Counted from the stretch's first letter, positions 9,748 through 19,999 are shown. The stretch is 64,000 nt of DNA from Candidatus Magasanikbacteria bacterium RIFCSPHIGHO2_01_FULL_41_23 (GCA_001782805.1 MFPT01000003.1:44072-108071), one strand, 5' to 3'. Numbers and translations: made by a program. The notes: generated by a model not told the origin, from the sequence alone.

Positions 9748-10956
9748 TTAGTTGGATTTTAATTGTTGCTTCAAATGTGCAATTACACTTTCTTCCACGG
9801 CGCGCAAAGTACGACCATCAGAAACAACAAATGAGGCATTGGTTTTATGGCCTTTTGGTTGGTAGAGCGCCAACAACGAAAGCGCGTCAAACGGTTCGCG
9901 CGTGCGTAAAAGTCCGTGGATGAGAACACCATCTTTAATTTCCGGATGCTCATGCAACAATAAAATAAATTTCGCGGCCGGCGCCGTGGTGATTAATTCG
10001 TCAACAATGGAATGCAATTCATTTTCCCGCGCGCCGGAACGGGCAAAATCTTCGCGCGTAATGGTTGACCACGCCAAACCAATGTTGTCATCGTATTGCA
10101 AATGCGATAAAGCCGCGCCCCATAACCGGAACGTGGCGATTGATTTAGTTTGATACAAATGCTTAATAATGGCGCCGCGATCCGCGCCCAAATGCACGAG
10201 TTCTGAAGCGGCCGCAAGCGTGGCCGGACGAATCTGTCCATCACGAAAACTGTTCGTGCCCGCGATCATGCCGGTCAAAAGTGCGTTGGCGATTTCCGGC
10301 ACAAGTTCTTCTTTATATAATTCTCGTAATAATCCGAATAATAATTCCGCCGTCGTACTTTTGATTGTTTCCACTATATTTAATTGGCCGTACTGTTCAT
10401 TCGCGGCCGAATTATCAATGTTAACGATTGGTGTTTTAAAAAAGAAATCCGTGTTATTGGCGTACAAATCACCAAGCGAAATTAAATCCGGAGTGTTTAT
10501 AGTTATGATTAAATCATAGGTAAAATCCGATTGCGCCGTGCGGATATTATCTTTGGATAATGTCCCGTGTTCCGGAGTTATAAAAACGCGCAGTTTTTTA
10601 TCCTGCACGTCATAACTTAATTCTTTGATACCCGTATTGGCGACGTCAATATGAAGAATGAATTTTTGCAAGTGATCAATTTTATTTTTTATTTTATCCA
10701 CGCCAACGAGAAAACGAAAATTACTCGGCATTTTAAAATCAGGCGCAACAATATCCGCGCGTTTTCCCAAACGTTCAAATAAGCGCGCCAAAGCCGTGGC
10801 ACTACCAATAGTATCGCCGTTTGCTTCCGGTCGAAATGTGATCAAAATTCTATCTTTTTCCGTGACCAGTTGTTTAAATTGTTCTTGTGTGTTTAATGCC
10901 ATATAAATACCCTTTAAGTTGATACTTAAAGGAATAAAAGAGTTTATCACGAGCAT
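9748..10956 (-). CDS. DHH-family phosphoesterase, NrnA-like, with degenerate catalytic motifs
   Basis: The N-terminus resembles the NrnA architecture: 'ILITFRPEANGDTIGS', 'LIITINTPD' and 'VNIDNSAAN'. The expected DHH triad is replaced by DNS, and the first Asp of motif I by Asn. Confidence 0.55.
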   Translation of the reverse strand: MLVINSFIPLSINLKGIYMALNTQEQFKQLVTEKDRILITFRPEANGDTIGSATALARLFERLGKRADIVAPDFKMPSNFRFLVGVDKIKNKIDHLQKFILHIDVANTGIKELSYDVQDKKLRVFITPEHGTLSKDNIRTAQSDFTYDLIITINTPDLISLGDLYANNTDFFFKTPIVNIDNSAANEQYGQLNIVETIKSTTAELLFGLLRELYKEELVPEIANALLTGMIAGTNSFRDGQIRPATLAAASELVHLGADRGAIIKHLYQTKSIATFRLWGAALSHLQYDDNIGLAWSTITREDFARSGARENELHSIVDELITTAPAAKFILLLHEHPEIKDGVLIHGLLRTREPFDALSLLALYQPKGHKTNASFVVSDGRTLRAVEESVIAHLKQQLKSN

Positions 10957-11084
10957 TTTTTTCTGTCAATCGTAATATGTACGGTCTTTTTGGCTTAATT
11001 GTGCCAAATTATTGCATTTTTTTTATCGATTAGTTATTATATGTATACCTGTATAAAGAATAAGAAAAAATTTATCCGGAGATT

Positions 11085-13805
11085 ATGTCGGAAATGCCTA
11101 AAAGTTACGATCCGAAATTATACGAAGATTCCATTTATAAACAGTGGGAAGAGAGTGGTTTTTTTAATCCGGATAATTTGAATGGCGAGCCATATTCTAT
11201 TATGATGCCGCCACCCAATGTGACCGGTGTTTTGCATTTAGGCCATGCTTTGGAAAATGCTTTGCTGGATACGATGGCACGTTACCAAAGGATGTTGGGT
11301 AAAAAAGTTTTGCTCGTGCCGGGCACAGACCATGCGGCTTTGCCAACACAAGCAAAAGTGGAAAAACTGCTCATGCAAGAGGGTATTAAAAATCCGCGTC
11401 AAGAATTTGGTCGGGAAAAATTAGTGGAAAAAATTAAAGAATTTGCCGAAAATTCAAAATCTACGATTTTAAGTCAAGTAAAAAAAATGGGAACGAGTTG
11501 TGATTGGTCACGATTGGCTTACACTTTTGATGAAGATCGAAGTAAGGCAGTGAATGAAATGTTCAAACGCATGTATGATGATGGACTTATTTATCGCGGA
11601 TATCGCGTAGTGAATTGGTCGGTTACCGGACAATCCACTTGTTCGGATGACGAAGTGGTTCACGTTGAACGGGCGGCAAAATTATATACTTTTAAATATA
11701 ACAAAGATTTTCCGATTACGATTGCCACTACTCGTCCGGAGACAAAATTGGGGGATACGGCCGTGGCTGTGAATCCAAAAGATGATCGGTATCAAAAGTA
11801 TGTTGGTAAAACATATCATATTGATGTTGGCGCGGCTAAGCTGTTAGAAATAAAAATCATTGCTGATGACGGAGTTGAAATGAATTTTGGCACAGGCGCG
11901 CTTGGTGTGACGCCGGCGCACAGTCCGATTGATTTTGAAATGTACGAGAAACAAAAAGCCAAGGGTGATCCGATTGGTATAGTGCCGGTTATTGGTTTGG
12001 ATGGTAAAATGACCGAAGCCGCTGGTAAAAATTACCAAGGTTTAACAGTTGAGGTTGCGCGCGAAAAATTTGTCCAGTGGCTCAAAGCAAATAATCTGTT
12101 GGAAAAAGAAGAAGAGATTGTTCAGAATGTGGGAACTTCTGATCGTTTTGGCGATGTAATTGAGGCGATTCCGATGACGCAGTGGTGGCTGAATATGCGT
12201 CAAGAAATTCCGGGACGGAGCAAAAGTCTCAAAGATTTGCTGCGCGAAGCAGTCACGACTGGTTTGGAAAATAATCCGGAACAAACAGTTTACATAACTC
12301 CGGATCGGTTTAAGAAATTATATCTTGACAGAATTGATAATCTTCGAGATTGGTGTTTGTCGCGACAAATTTGGTGGGGACATCGGATTCCAGTGTGGTA
12401 CCGTTCGACTTCATTCGATTCCGCTCGTGATAAATCGCTCACGGCAGGTCATGAGGAAATTTTTTGTGGCACAACCGATCCCAAAGGTGATGGTTGGGAA
12501 CAAGATCCGGATACTCTTGATACTTGGTTCAGTTCCGGCTTGTGGACATTTTCAACTCTTGGCTGGCCCCCTCGACAAGCTCCCTCGACTTGGTTCGAGA
12601 CAAGTCGGGATAAACCGAATGATTTGGAAACATTTCATCCCACGAGTTGGATCCAGATGGGATATGAGATTCGGGATTTATGGATGCTGCGAATGATTCT
12701 TATGAGTAGTTACGCGCTCAAACAAATTCCTTTTAAAAATGTTTATTTTCATGGCATGTTACGCGATGAATCCGGCAAGAAATTTTCCAAATCATCGGGA
12801 AATAATATTGATCCGCTTGATGTGATACAGCACTATGGAACCGATGCGTTGCGCTGGAGTGTTCTCAGCGGTATTGCTCCGGGCAATGATTCTAAATTTT
12901 ATGAAGAAAAAATTGTCGGCGCGCGTAACTTGGTAAATAAATTGTGGAATATCGCGCGTTTTATTTCTACAACGGCAAAAATAACAACAAGCAATTCAAT
13001 TCCGACCGCTGTTACTTTATCTGATCAATGGATTCTCGCACGACTTAATGAAACGGTTAAAACCGTCACAGAAAATATTGAAAAATATAATTTTTCGTAC
13101 GCGGGCGAAGCTCTGCGTGATTTTACCTGGAATGATTTGGCGGATTGGTATTTGGAAATTGCCAAAATTGAAAGCAAGAAAGATGAAATTCTAAATTATA
13201 TTTTGCCGACGCTTTTGAAATTATGGCATCCGTATATGCCGTTTGTGACCGAAGCGATTTGGCAAGAAATGTTTGGTGGAGAAAAAATGCTGATGGTGGA
13301 AAAGTGGCCGGCCTTGTTTGATATTGCCGCGAGCAATGTCGTACAACCTGATTTTACGATTATTCAGTCCATTATCACTGCCATCCGTGCGGTTAGAGCT
13401 GAACACAAAATTGAACCGGCAAAAAAAATATCAGTCACCGTTAAAACCAGCGATAAAAAATTATTTGTCGCCAATGAGGAAGTAATAATTGGTCTGGCGC
13501 GTTTAGATAATTTGGTATTTGACGCGGGTTATCAAAAAAATAATTCTACCGTTGGTTTTGTGATTGCCGGTATGGAAATATTTGTTGATCTGTCAGGCGC
13601 AGTTGATGTAGTCAAAGAGCGCGAACAATTGCAAAATGAAATCAGCCGGATTGAGCCATATATTGAGTCTTTGGAAAAGAAATTAAGCAATCAAGAATTT
13701 ACGCAAAACGCGCCGGCCGAAGTGGTTGAAGCCGAACAGAAAAAATTAAACGAAGCCAAAGAAAAATTAGCCAAACTAATCAATCAACAAAAACAGTTAC
13801 TGTAA
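11085..13805 (+). CDS. valS: Valine--tRNA ligase
   Basis: 906 aa with a HIGH-type motif 'PPPNVTGVLHLGHA', a KMSKS-type motif 'KFSKSSGN', and a C-terminal coiled coil. Confidence 0.93.
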   Translation: MSEMPKSYDPKLYEDSIYKQWEESGFFNPDNLNGEPYSIMMPPPNVTGVLHLGHALENALLDTMARYQRMLGKKVLLVPGTDHAALPTQAKVEKLLMQEGIKNPRQEFGREKLVEKIKEFAENSKSTILSQVKKMGTSCDWSRLAYTFDEDRSKAVNEMFKRMYDDGLIYRGYRVVNWSVTGQSTCSDDEVVHVERAAKLYTFKYNKDFPITIATTRPETKLGDTAVAVNPKDDRYQKYVGKTYHIDVGAAKLLEIKIIADDGVEMNFGTGALGVTPAHSPIDFEMYEKQKAKGDPIGIVPVIGLDGKMTEAAGKNYQGLTVEVAREKFVQWLKANNLLEKEEEIVQNVGTSDRFGDVIEAIPMTQWWLNMRQEIPGRSKSLKDLLREAVTTGLENNPEQTVYITPDRFKKLYLDRIDNLRDWCLSRQIWWGHRIPVWYRSTSFDSARDKSLTAGHEEIFCGTTDPKGDGWEQDPDTLDTWFSSGLWTFSTLGWPPRQAPSTWFETSRDKPNDLETFHPTSWIQMGYEIRDLWMLRMILMSSYALKQIPFKNVYFHGMLRDESGKKFSKSSGNNIDPLDVIQHYGTDALRWSVLSGIAPGNDSKFYEEKIVGARNLVNKLWNIARFISTTAKITTSNSIPTAVTLSDQWILARLNETVKTVTENIEKYNFSYAGEALRDFTWNDLADWYLEIAKIESKKDEILNYILPTLLKLWHPYMPFVTEAIWQEMFGGEKMLMVEKWPALFDIAASNVVQPDFTIIQSIITAIRAVRAEHKIEPAKKISVTVKTSDKKLFVANEEVIIGLARLDNLVFDAGYQKNNSTVGFVIAGMEIFVDLSGAVDVVKEREQLQNEISRIEPYIESLEKKLSNQEFTQNAPAEVVEAEQKKLNEAKEKLAKLINQQKQLL

Positions 13806-13816
13806 TAGTATCTATT

Positions 13817-14869
13817 ATGCCGGATCTGACTGAACAGAAATCTATCGCTACCCCCCCTGATTCTCATGATTTTGAGTTAGCACCCGCTGACCATATTGAA
13901 AAAATTAACGGTGAGGATATTTTGGTATTTCTTGATAATTACGATGAACGTTTAAAAAATGAGATATCGCGTGTTAGAGAAGCGTTAAATAGAGATTCTA
14001 GTCTAACCGATATTATGAAATTGGTTTCGGACATTCGTAAATTGGGTCAAGAAATTCGTCTGGAAGCAAAAAAATTAGAGACTTCGGATACAAACGGATA
14101 TGTCCGTCATGACGCGAATAACATATTGAGTTGGTCAGTGATGTCATTGCAAGATTTTGCACGTTATCTGGACACAACCGATGAAGTATCGTTCAAAGAA
14201 AAATTATTGATTGAATTAGAAGACGCGCAGAAAAGTTGGTTGGTGTATAAATTAATTATGCAAGATGTGGGGTTTCGTTACCAAGATGGAGAGAATATGG
14301 TTTCAGCTGTGACCGCGCGTTTTGATCAGGAACGTGATACTGCCGATTTGGTTACCGCTCTCAAACAGCTTTTGAAAAAAAAGTTAGATGAATCAAAAAT
14401 ATTCATTGATATTGATCCCAATAGTGCGGACTTAAAAATAGCCACCCCGCATGGTTTGATCTTGAATATGATTCAAAATTCATTGAGCAATGCTATGGCG
14501 GAAAATGTTGGAGCGCGTTCATTTATTTTTCAGATTAAACAAGTGGAAAATGAATTGGTTTTTTCTTTATATGATGACGGTGTGGGCATGCCGGCGGAAT
14601 CATTACAAAGAGATAATGAAAAATTTATTTGTAAAAAAGGCACAAGCGGAAAAGGGAGCACTGGCCTTGGTTTGGCATTTGCAGACAAGCGTTTGGCTCA
14701 AGCCCAGGCCACGCTTATTATTACGTCGCGACAAAAATTAATGTCAGAAAGTTATGACGCAATTCACTCGTTTCCTCCAGTCATAGCGGTTAAACTTGAG
14801 TCAATTGAATTGGATCGGAAAGAAGGTACATACTCCACTTGTTTCCAAATTAGAGTTCCGATTATCTAA
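13817..14869 (+). CDS. Soluble histidine-kinase-like protein (H-box plus HATPase_c; no TM segment and no recognisable sensor domain)
   Basis: H-box-like 'RHDANNILSWS', N-box 'ILNMIQNSLSNA', G1 'DDGVGM', G2 'GTSGKGSTGLGLAFA'. No response regulator is adjacent. Confidence 0.55.
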   Translation: MPDLTEQKSIATPPDSHDFELAPADHIEKINGEDILVFLDNYDERLKNEISRVREALNRDSSLTDIMKLVSDIRKLGQEIRLEAKKLETSDTNGYVRHDANNILSWSVMSLQDFARYLDTTDEVSFKEKLLIELEDAQKSWLVYKLIMQDVGFRYQDGENMVSAVTARFDQERDTADLVTALKQLLKKKLDESKIFIDIDPNSADLKIATPHGLILNMIQNSLSNAMAENVGARSFIFQIKQVENELVFSLYDDGVGMPAESLQRDNEKFICKKGTSGKGSTGLGLAFADKRLAQAQATLIITSRQKLMSESYDAIHSFPPVIAVKLESIELDRKEGTYSTCFQIRVPII

Positions 14870-14881
14870 TTTTATTTTTTT

Positions 14882-15238
14882 ATGTCTTTCAGCATTAAAA
14901 TTATCACCCAGACAACCAACCGAGCTGAATTGAAAATCATTGCCAATGAAGGATTTGGTGATATGATAAAAGCAGTGGTGGATTTGCGTCGTTCGGTAAT
15001 GGCGGTGGGCGCTGAATTGCATGTCGACGAAGAACAGTTATTATTGCAAAACAATTCGCACCAGGAAGATTTGTGGGGAATTAACTTGTATCCCGATGTC
15101 TCGGATGATTCATGGCTTGAGTTTGATTCCATGATTAATATTCGTCCAAAGCAGAATAATCGGACGCGGGCAGTGCACGATCCGACGATCCAACAAAAAA
15201 TCATTTCCGTGGTACAATTATTAGTGAAAGATTTTTAA
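14882..15238 (+). CDS. Hypothetical protein (118 aa)
   Basis: An ORF of 118 aa sitting in the tight valS-to-tyrS gene array. No family assigned. Confidence 0.4.
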   Translation: MSFSIKIITQTTNRAELKIIANEGFGDMIKAVVDLRRSVMAVGAELHVDEEQLLLQNNSHQEDLWGINLYPDVSDDSWLEFDSMINIRPKQNNRTRAVHDPTIQQKIISVVQLLVKDF

Positions 15239-15241
15239 TCT

Positions 15242-15586
15242 ATGCCGCAAGATATTCCGAGCATTACAATTCACCAAGATTTGGCCGCGGGTCGTTGGCA
15301 AAAGATGACACTCTGTGAACAGCTCGGCAACATCGGGAGCGAAGTCAGTCGCGCCCTTAATTGGCAAGAGCGTGGGAATGAAGAGCAATCGTGGCGCGCG
15401 TTTGACCGAGCTTTGGAACTTTTTTCTTTAACGCAAACTGACAAGCGTTGGTTTGGTCGATTACAAGAAGTAGCGCGCGCCAAAGAAGTTTTTGGTGATT
15501 TTTTTATTGGTAGCAATGAATATCAATCAAGCAAAGAATCCATAATAAAATATTTTGATGCGTTTGCGATTGTAGCGCGACGTTAA
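15242..15586 (+). CDS. Hypothetical protein (114 aa); possibly a MazG-like NTP-pyrophosphohydrolase fold
   Basis: The 'CEQLGNIGSEVSRAL...ERGNEEQ' segment resembles the EExGE motif of small MazG-like proteins. This is weak. Confidence 0.35.
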   Translation: MPQDIPSITIHQDLAAGRWQKMTLCEQLGNIGSEVSRALNWQERGNEEQSWRAFDRALELFSLTQTDKRWFGRLQEVARAKEVFGDFFIGSNEYQSSKESIIKYFDAFAIVARR

Positions 15587-15602
15587 TATTAAAAATAATT
15601 TT

Positions 15603-16787
15603 ATGATTTCCACTGACCAGCAAAAAATTCAAGAATTACTTACCCGCGGTGTTAGTGAGGTAATTGTCCACGAAGAATTGGAAAAAAAATTAATGTCCGG
15701 CAAAAAATTGCGGATTAAATTCGGGATAGATCCTACTGGGGCTGAACTCCATATTGGACACGCAGTGCCACTGCGAAAATTGCGTCAATTTCAGGATATG
15801 GGTCACCAAATAATTCTACTCATTGGTGATTATACTGCAATGATTGGGGATCCTACCGGTCGTAGTCAAACCAGACCAATTTTGGCGCTGGAACAAATAA
15901 AAACCAATATGCAGACTTATGTTGAACAAGCGTCTTTAGTTCTCAATATGTCCAATGTTGAGATTCGTCATAACAGTGAATGGTATGGAGCGGAAAATTT
16001 TACTCATCTTTTGATGGATTTGTCTTCAAAAATTACCGTGGCGCGAGTTTTGGAGCGGGATGATTTTAAGAAACGCATGAGTGAAGGATCTGACATTCAA
16101 ATGCAAGAAATTTTATATCCTTTATTGCAAGGCTATGATTCCGTGGCGCTTAAAGCTGATGTTGAACTGGGCGGTTCTGACCAAAAATTTAATCTTTTGA
16201 TGGGACGAAAATTACAAAAGCGTTACGATCAGCCAGAACAAGATGTTATCACTGTTCCTTTGCTGGAAGGAACAGACGGAGAGAAAAAAATGAGTAAATC
16301 GTACGGTAATTATATTGCTTTACGCGATTCACCCGAGGAGATGTATGGCAAGGTTTTGTCTATTCCCGACGCATTGATTTTTAAATATTTTGAATTGGCG
16401 ACCGATGCGACACTGCTTCAAATTGAAGATTATAAAAAACAGCTGGCGGCTGGCGCAAATCCACGCGATATAAAAATGAAACTGGCTTTGGCCATTACTT
16501 CGCTTTATCATGGTGAAAACGGCGCGCGTGTCGGGCAAGAATATTTTCAATCAACAATTCAAAATAAAGAACGCCCCGACGAAATTCCCGAACTCAAACC
16601 AACTGCGTATGATCCGGTAACTGTTTTGGTTGAGGCTGGATTTTGTAAAAGTAAATCTGAAGCAAAGCGTGAAATTGACGGCGGAGGAGTAAAATTGAAT
16701 GACAAAAAAGTTGTCGGATATGACGCGCCAATAAAATCCGGCGACATAATCCAAAAAGGTAAAAGGTTTTTTGTTAAAATAATTTGA
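15603..16787 (+). CDS. tyrS: Tyrosine--tRNA ligase
   Basis: HIGH motif 'ELHIGHAVPL', KMSKS motif 'KMSKSYGN', and a C-terminal S4-like domain. Confidence 0.9.
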   Translation: MISTDQQKIQELLTRGVSEVIVHEELEKKLMSGKKLRIKFGIDPTGAELHIGHAVPLRKLRQFQDMGHQIILLIGDYTAMIGDPTGRSQTRPILALEQIKTNMQTYVEQASLVLNMSNVEIRHNSEWYGAENFTHLLMDLSSKITVARVLERDDFKKRMSEGSDIQMQEILYPLLQGYDSVALKADVELGGSDQKFNLLMGRKLQKRYDQPEQDVITVPLLEGTDGEKKMSKSYGNYIALRDSPEEMYGKVLSIPDALIFKYFELATDATLLQIEDYKKQLAAGANPRDIKMKLALAITSLYHGENGARVGQEYFQSTIQNKERPDEIPELKPTAYDPVTVLVEAGFCKSKSEAKREIDGGGVKLNDKKVVGYDAPIKSGDIIQKGKRFFVKII

Positions 16788-16805
16788 TTTTTTTGAACCA
16801 GCGCC

Positions 16806-18551
16806 GTGTACATTTTATTACTTATGATTCAAGAAATTAAAAAAAATATTATTGATCTTCTCACTGCCGCCGGAGTCATGGGCGATATTGAATTATCATC
16901 ACCACCAAAACCAGAGATGGGGGATTTTGCCTTTGCTTGTTTTGGAATCGCGAAAGAAAAAGGGGAGAATCCGGCTACAGCGGCAAAAAACTTAGTAGAA
17001 AAAATTTCTCCGCCAGTCGACGGAGAAGAAGATTTAATAGTCAAAGTTCAGGCCTTTGGCCCATATGTAAATTTTTTTGTTGATTCCCAAGAACTTGCCA
17101 AGACAGTTTTAAAAAATATTTTGGAAAATAAAAAATTTGGCACGCACACGTTTGGCCAAGGCCAGACAATTCTCGTAGAATACGCTTGTCCTAACCCCAT
17201 GAAAGTTTTTCATTTGGGACATTTGCGTAATCTCATTACGGGCGAAGCCATGGCGCGAATCCTCGAAAACGCGGGTTATGACGTTAAACGAGTTAATTAC
17301 CAAGGCGATGTGGGAATGCATATTGCCAAATCATTGTGGGGCATAAACCAGATGAATGATGTTTTTGCCAGCATGAAAAATAAATCAGTGGAGGAGCAGG
17401 TCGCATTTTTAGGTAAAGCCTACGCGCTTGGCGCCACCAAATTTGAAGAAGACGCTGCCACGCAAGCGGAAATTTTGGAATACAATCGTAAAATATATGA
17501 ACATGATTGGGAAATTCAGGATGTTTATCAAACCGCGCGCGTTTGGAGTTTAGAGTATTTCGATACGATTTACACAAAGCTTGGCACGCGCTTTGATCGT
17601 CTTTATTTTGAATCAGAAGTCTTTAATGAGGGTAAAAAAATGGTTTTGGACGGACTGGAAAAAGGGATTTTTAAAAAAAGTGATGGCGCGATTATTTTTC
17701 CGGGAAGTGAATGTGGTTTGCATGACCGCGTTTTTATTAACAGTCAAGGATTTCCTACGTATGAAGCCAAAGATCTGGGTTTGGCAAAATTGCATTTTAC
17801 GGAATACAAACCGGATAAAGTAATTCACGTGGTGGGAAAAGAGCAAACTGAATATTTTAAAGTAGTTTTTCAAGCTCTGTCCGTCATATTGCCAAAAACT
17901 AAAGATAAGGAACTTCATTTAGTTGGCGGTTATTTGCAATTGAAAGGCGATGAAAAAATGAGTTCGCGTAAAGGCAATGTAATTTCCGGCGACGAATTGG
18001 TTATGTCTGTGGAAAACAATGTGCGGAAAATTATGGCTGAACGCGATATTCAACACAAAGAATTTATCGTAAATAAAGTCAGCATCGCGGCCCTTAAATA
18101 CACTATGTTGCGAGTGAATGCTTCCGAAGATATGGCATTTGATGTGCAAGAATCGGTCAGTATTTCGGGTGATAGCGGATCTTATGTCCTTTATATTGTA
18201 ACGCGAATTCGGAGTTTGTTGGTCAAAGCCGGTGTTTTGCCTAATAGTATTGAATTAAATGTGTCCGTTAAAATTCCCGAGGAAATAGGCGCGGAAGAAA
18301 AACAATTGTTATTGGTACTTGCTCGATTTTCCGAAGTTACTCAGCAAGCTGTAAATGAATTTAATCCGTCAGTGATTACCAAATATGTGTTTGCGCTCGC
18401 GCAGGCGTTTAATGTTTTTTATCAGACTTGTTCGGTTCTTGACGCGGCCACGGAACAAAAACAATTTAGATTGTATTTGGCACAGGCAGTGGCGCGCGTT
18501 ATGACTGATGGTTTGTATCTTTTGGGAATTGAAACGGTGGAAGAAATGTAA
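16806..18551 (+). CDS. argS: Arginine--tRNA ligase
   Basis: 581 aa with 'NPMKVFHLGHLRN' (HIGH region) and a C-terminal DALR anticodon-binding region. Confidence 0.9.
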   Translation: MYILLLMIQEIKKNIIDLLTAAGVMGDIELSSPPKPEMGDFAFACFGIAKEKGENPATAAKNLVEKISPPVDGEEDLIVKVQAFGPYVNFFVDSQELAKTVLKNILENKKFGTHTFGQGQTILVEYACPNPMKVFHLGHLRNLITGEAMARILENAGYDVKRVNYQGDVGMHIAKSLWGINQMNDVFASMKNKSVEEQVAFLGKAYALGATKFEEDAATQAEILEYNRKIYEHDWEIQDVYQTARVWSLEYFDTIYTKLGTRFDRLYFESEVFNEGKKMVLDGLEKGIFKKSDGAIIFPGSECGLHDRVFINSQGFPTYEAKDLGLAKLHFTEYKPDKVIHVVGKEQTEYFKVVFQALSVILPKTKDKELHLVGGYLQLKGDEKMSSRKGNVISGDELVMSVENNVRKIMAERDIQHKEFIVNKVSIAALKYTMLRVNASEDMAFDVQESVSISGDSGSYVLYIVTRIRSLLVKAGVLPNSIELNVSVKIPEEIGAEEKQLLLVLARFSEVTQQAVNEFNPSVITKYVFALAQAFNVFYQTCSVLDAATEQKQFRLYLAQAVARVMTDGLYLLGIETVEEM

Positions 18552-18615
18552 AAAATTAATTTAATATTGTCGCCATCCGCGCGATGCGGTATACTATCAA
18601 AGTCCATTAATTTTT

Positions 18616-19119
18616 TTGTCTAATAATTTTTATAATTATATGTTTCCCAAATCGCCCGCTGAAAATAAAATGGTTTCGCATGATGCGGTTAGTCGTGGAT
18701 CGGATGATGTCGAGACGGTTGTTGGTCCTTCGGTTGTCGTGGAAGGTGATTTTGCATCCGAAGGCAATATTTTGGTTAAAGGGACAGTTTCAGGCAGTGT
18801 CAAAACCGCCCGCTTGTTAACGGTTGAGCCGGGCGCAAAAATAATGGCCAATGTGAAGGCCGGTGACGCAGTTGTGGCCGGTGAAGTTCGTGGTAGTATT
18901 AAAGTGGAACAACAGCTGGAACTTACCGCTTCGGCTCGAGTTTTAGGCGATATTCAGTGTCAAATTTTAGTGGTCGCGGCTGGCGCATTATTGCAAGGTA
19001 AAGTGGCGATGAAAGGTTTGGAAGGCGCGAGCACTGAGCCAAATGATCGTCGTCGTGTGGCTCGCGGTGGCCGAGTTCGCGGTGAAGAAGAAATGACTGA
19101 AGATTCGGCCGAGGTCTAA
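18616..19119 (+). CDS. Bactofilin-family cytoskeletal protein
   Basis: The beta-helical repeats 'VVEGDF..GNILVKGTVSGSVKT..LTVEPGAKIMANVKAGDAVVAGEVRGSIKV' are typical of the bactofilin/DUF583 fold. Confidence 0.75.
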   Translation: MSNNFYNYMFPKSPAENKMVSHDAVSRGSDDVETVVGPSVVVEGDFASEGNILVKGTVSGSVKTARLLTVEPGAKIMANVKAGDAVVAGEVRGSIKVEQQLELTASARVLGDIQCQILVVAAGALLQGKVAMKGLEGASTEPNDRRRVARGGRVRGEEEMTEDSAEV

Positions 19120-19128
19120 GACCGTGTT

Positions 19129-19890
19129 ATGTATGTTTATTTATATGATCAGTTTCTTAAAGAGAAGCGCTTTTCCGAAGCGCTTAAATCCGTTGAAACC
19201 AGATTGACAGATTACGGTATCGCTGGTAGGATATTGCGGTTACAACATTTTACTTCGGCCGAGAGTATTATTACTGATTCCGTGCAAAAAGGCGCCAAAA
19301 CAATTGTGGTTGTTGGCAATGACGAAACATTTGCCAAAGTATTGTCGCGTGGCGCGGCTTATCCGGTTTTGTACGGTTTTATTCCAATTGGACCAAAAAA
19401 TTCCATTGCGAATGTGCTGGGAATTCCCAGCACGGAAGAAGCCGCGGATATTTTGGCGCGTCGGCGCAAAGTGTATTTGGATGTTGGCTGGTTTAATAAT
19501 CGGTATTTTATTTCCCAGCTTCATATTCCGCCACATCCAATTGTCGTGGAATATGATGAACGGTTTAAAGTTTCAAGCACGAGCCAAAAAATGGAATTGG
19601 TGGTGTGTAATTTGCAACCGTATTTTTGGCAAAATCAAGGCAAGCATATGGTTGTTCATCCGCAAGATGGAAAATTGGAAGCATTTTTGCGGCCGATCAA
19701 AAAAACCAGTTGGTTTAAACGTGAAGAGTACGAAGATCCGAGTATTTTTCCATTTGAAGAAATGGTAGTCTCTAGTACAACTCCGTTCGCCGTAGAAGCT
19801 GATGGCAAAACATCCAAGGAAATTAAAATTACCATCAAGTTGGCCAAGAATCGGATTGAGATGATTGTGGGGAAGGAACGAAAATTTTAA
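19129..19890 (+). CDS. DAGK_cat (YegS/BmrU)-like lipid-kinase-fold protein with degenerate catalytic motifs
   Basis: 'VVVGNDETF' stands where GGDGT is expected, and 'IPIGPKNSIANVLGIP' where PxGTGNDFAR is expected. The overall order fits the DAGK_cat family. Confidence 0.45.
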   Translation: MYVYLYDQFLKEKRFSEALKSVETRLTDYGIAGRILRLQHFTSAESIITDSVQKGAKTIVVVGNDETFAKVLSRGAAYPVLYGFIPIGPKNSIANVLGIPSTEEAADILARRRKVYLDVGWFNNRYFISQLHIPPHPIVVEYDERFKVSSTSQKMELVVCNLQPYFWQNQGKHMVVHPQDGKLEAFLRPIKKTSWFKREEYEDPSIFPFEEMVVSSTTPFAVEADGKTSKEIKITIKLAKNRIEMIVGKERKF

Positions 19891-19899
19891 AATTAAAAA

Positions 19900-19982
19900 G
19901 CGCGGGTGGCGTAATGGTAGCCGCACTACCTTGAGGTGGTAGCGTCCGCAAGGGCATGGAAGTTCGACTCTTCTCCCGCGCA
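19900..19982 (+). tRNA. tRNA-Leu (anticodon GAG), type II with a long variable arm
   Basis: Acceptor GCGCGGG/CCCGCGC. Anticodon loop 'ttGAGgt'. A 15-nt variable arm. T-loop TTCGACT. The CCA end is not encoded. Confidence 0.85.
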
Positions 19983-19999
19983 CAACAAATAGGAAAATT

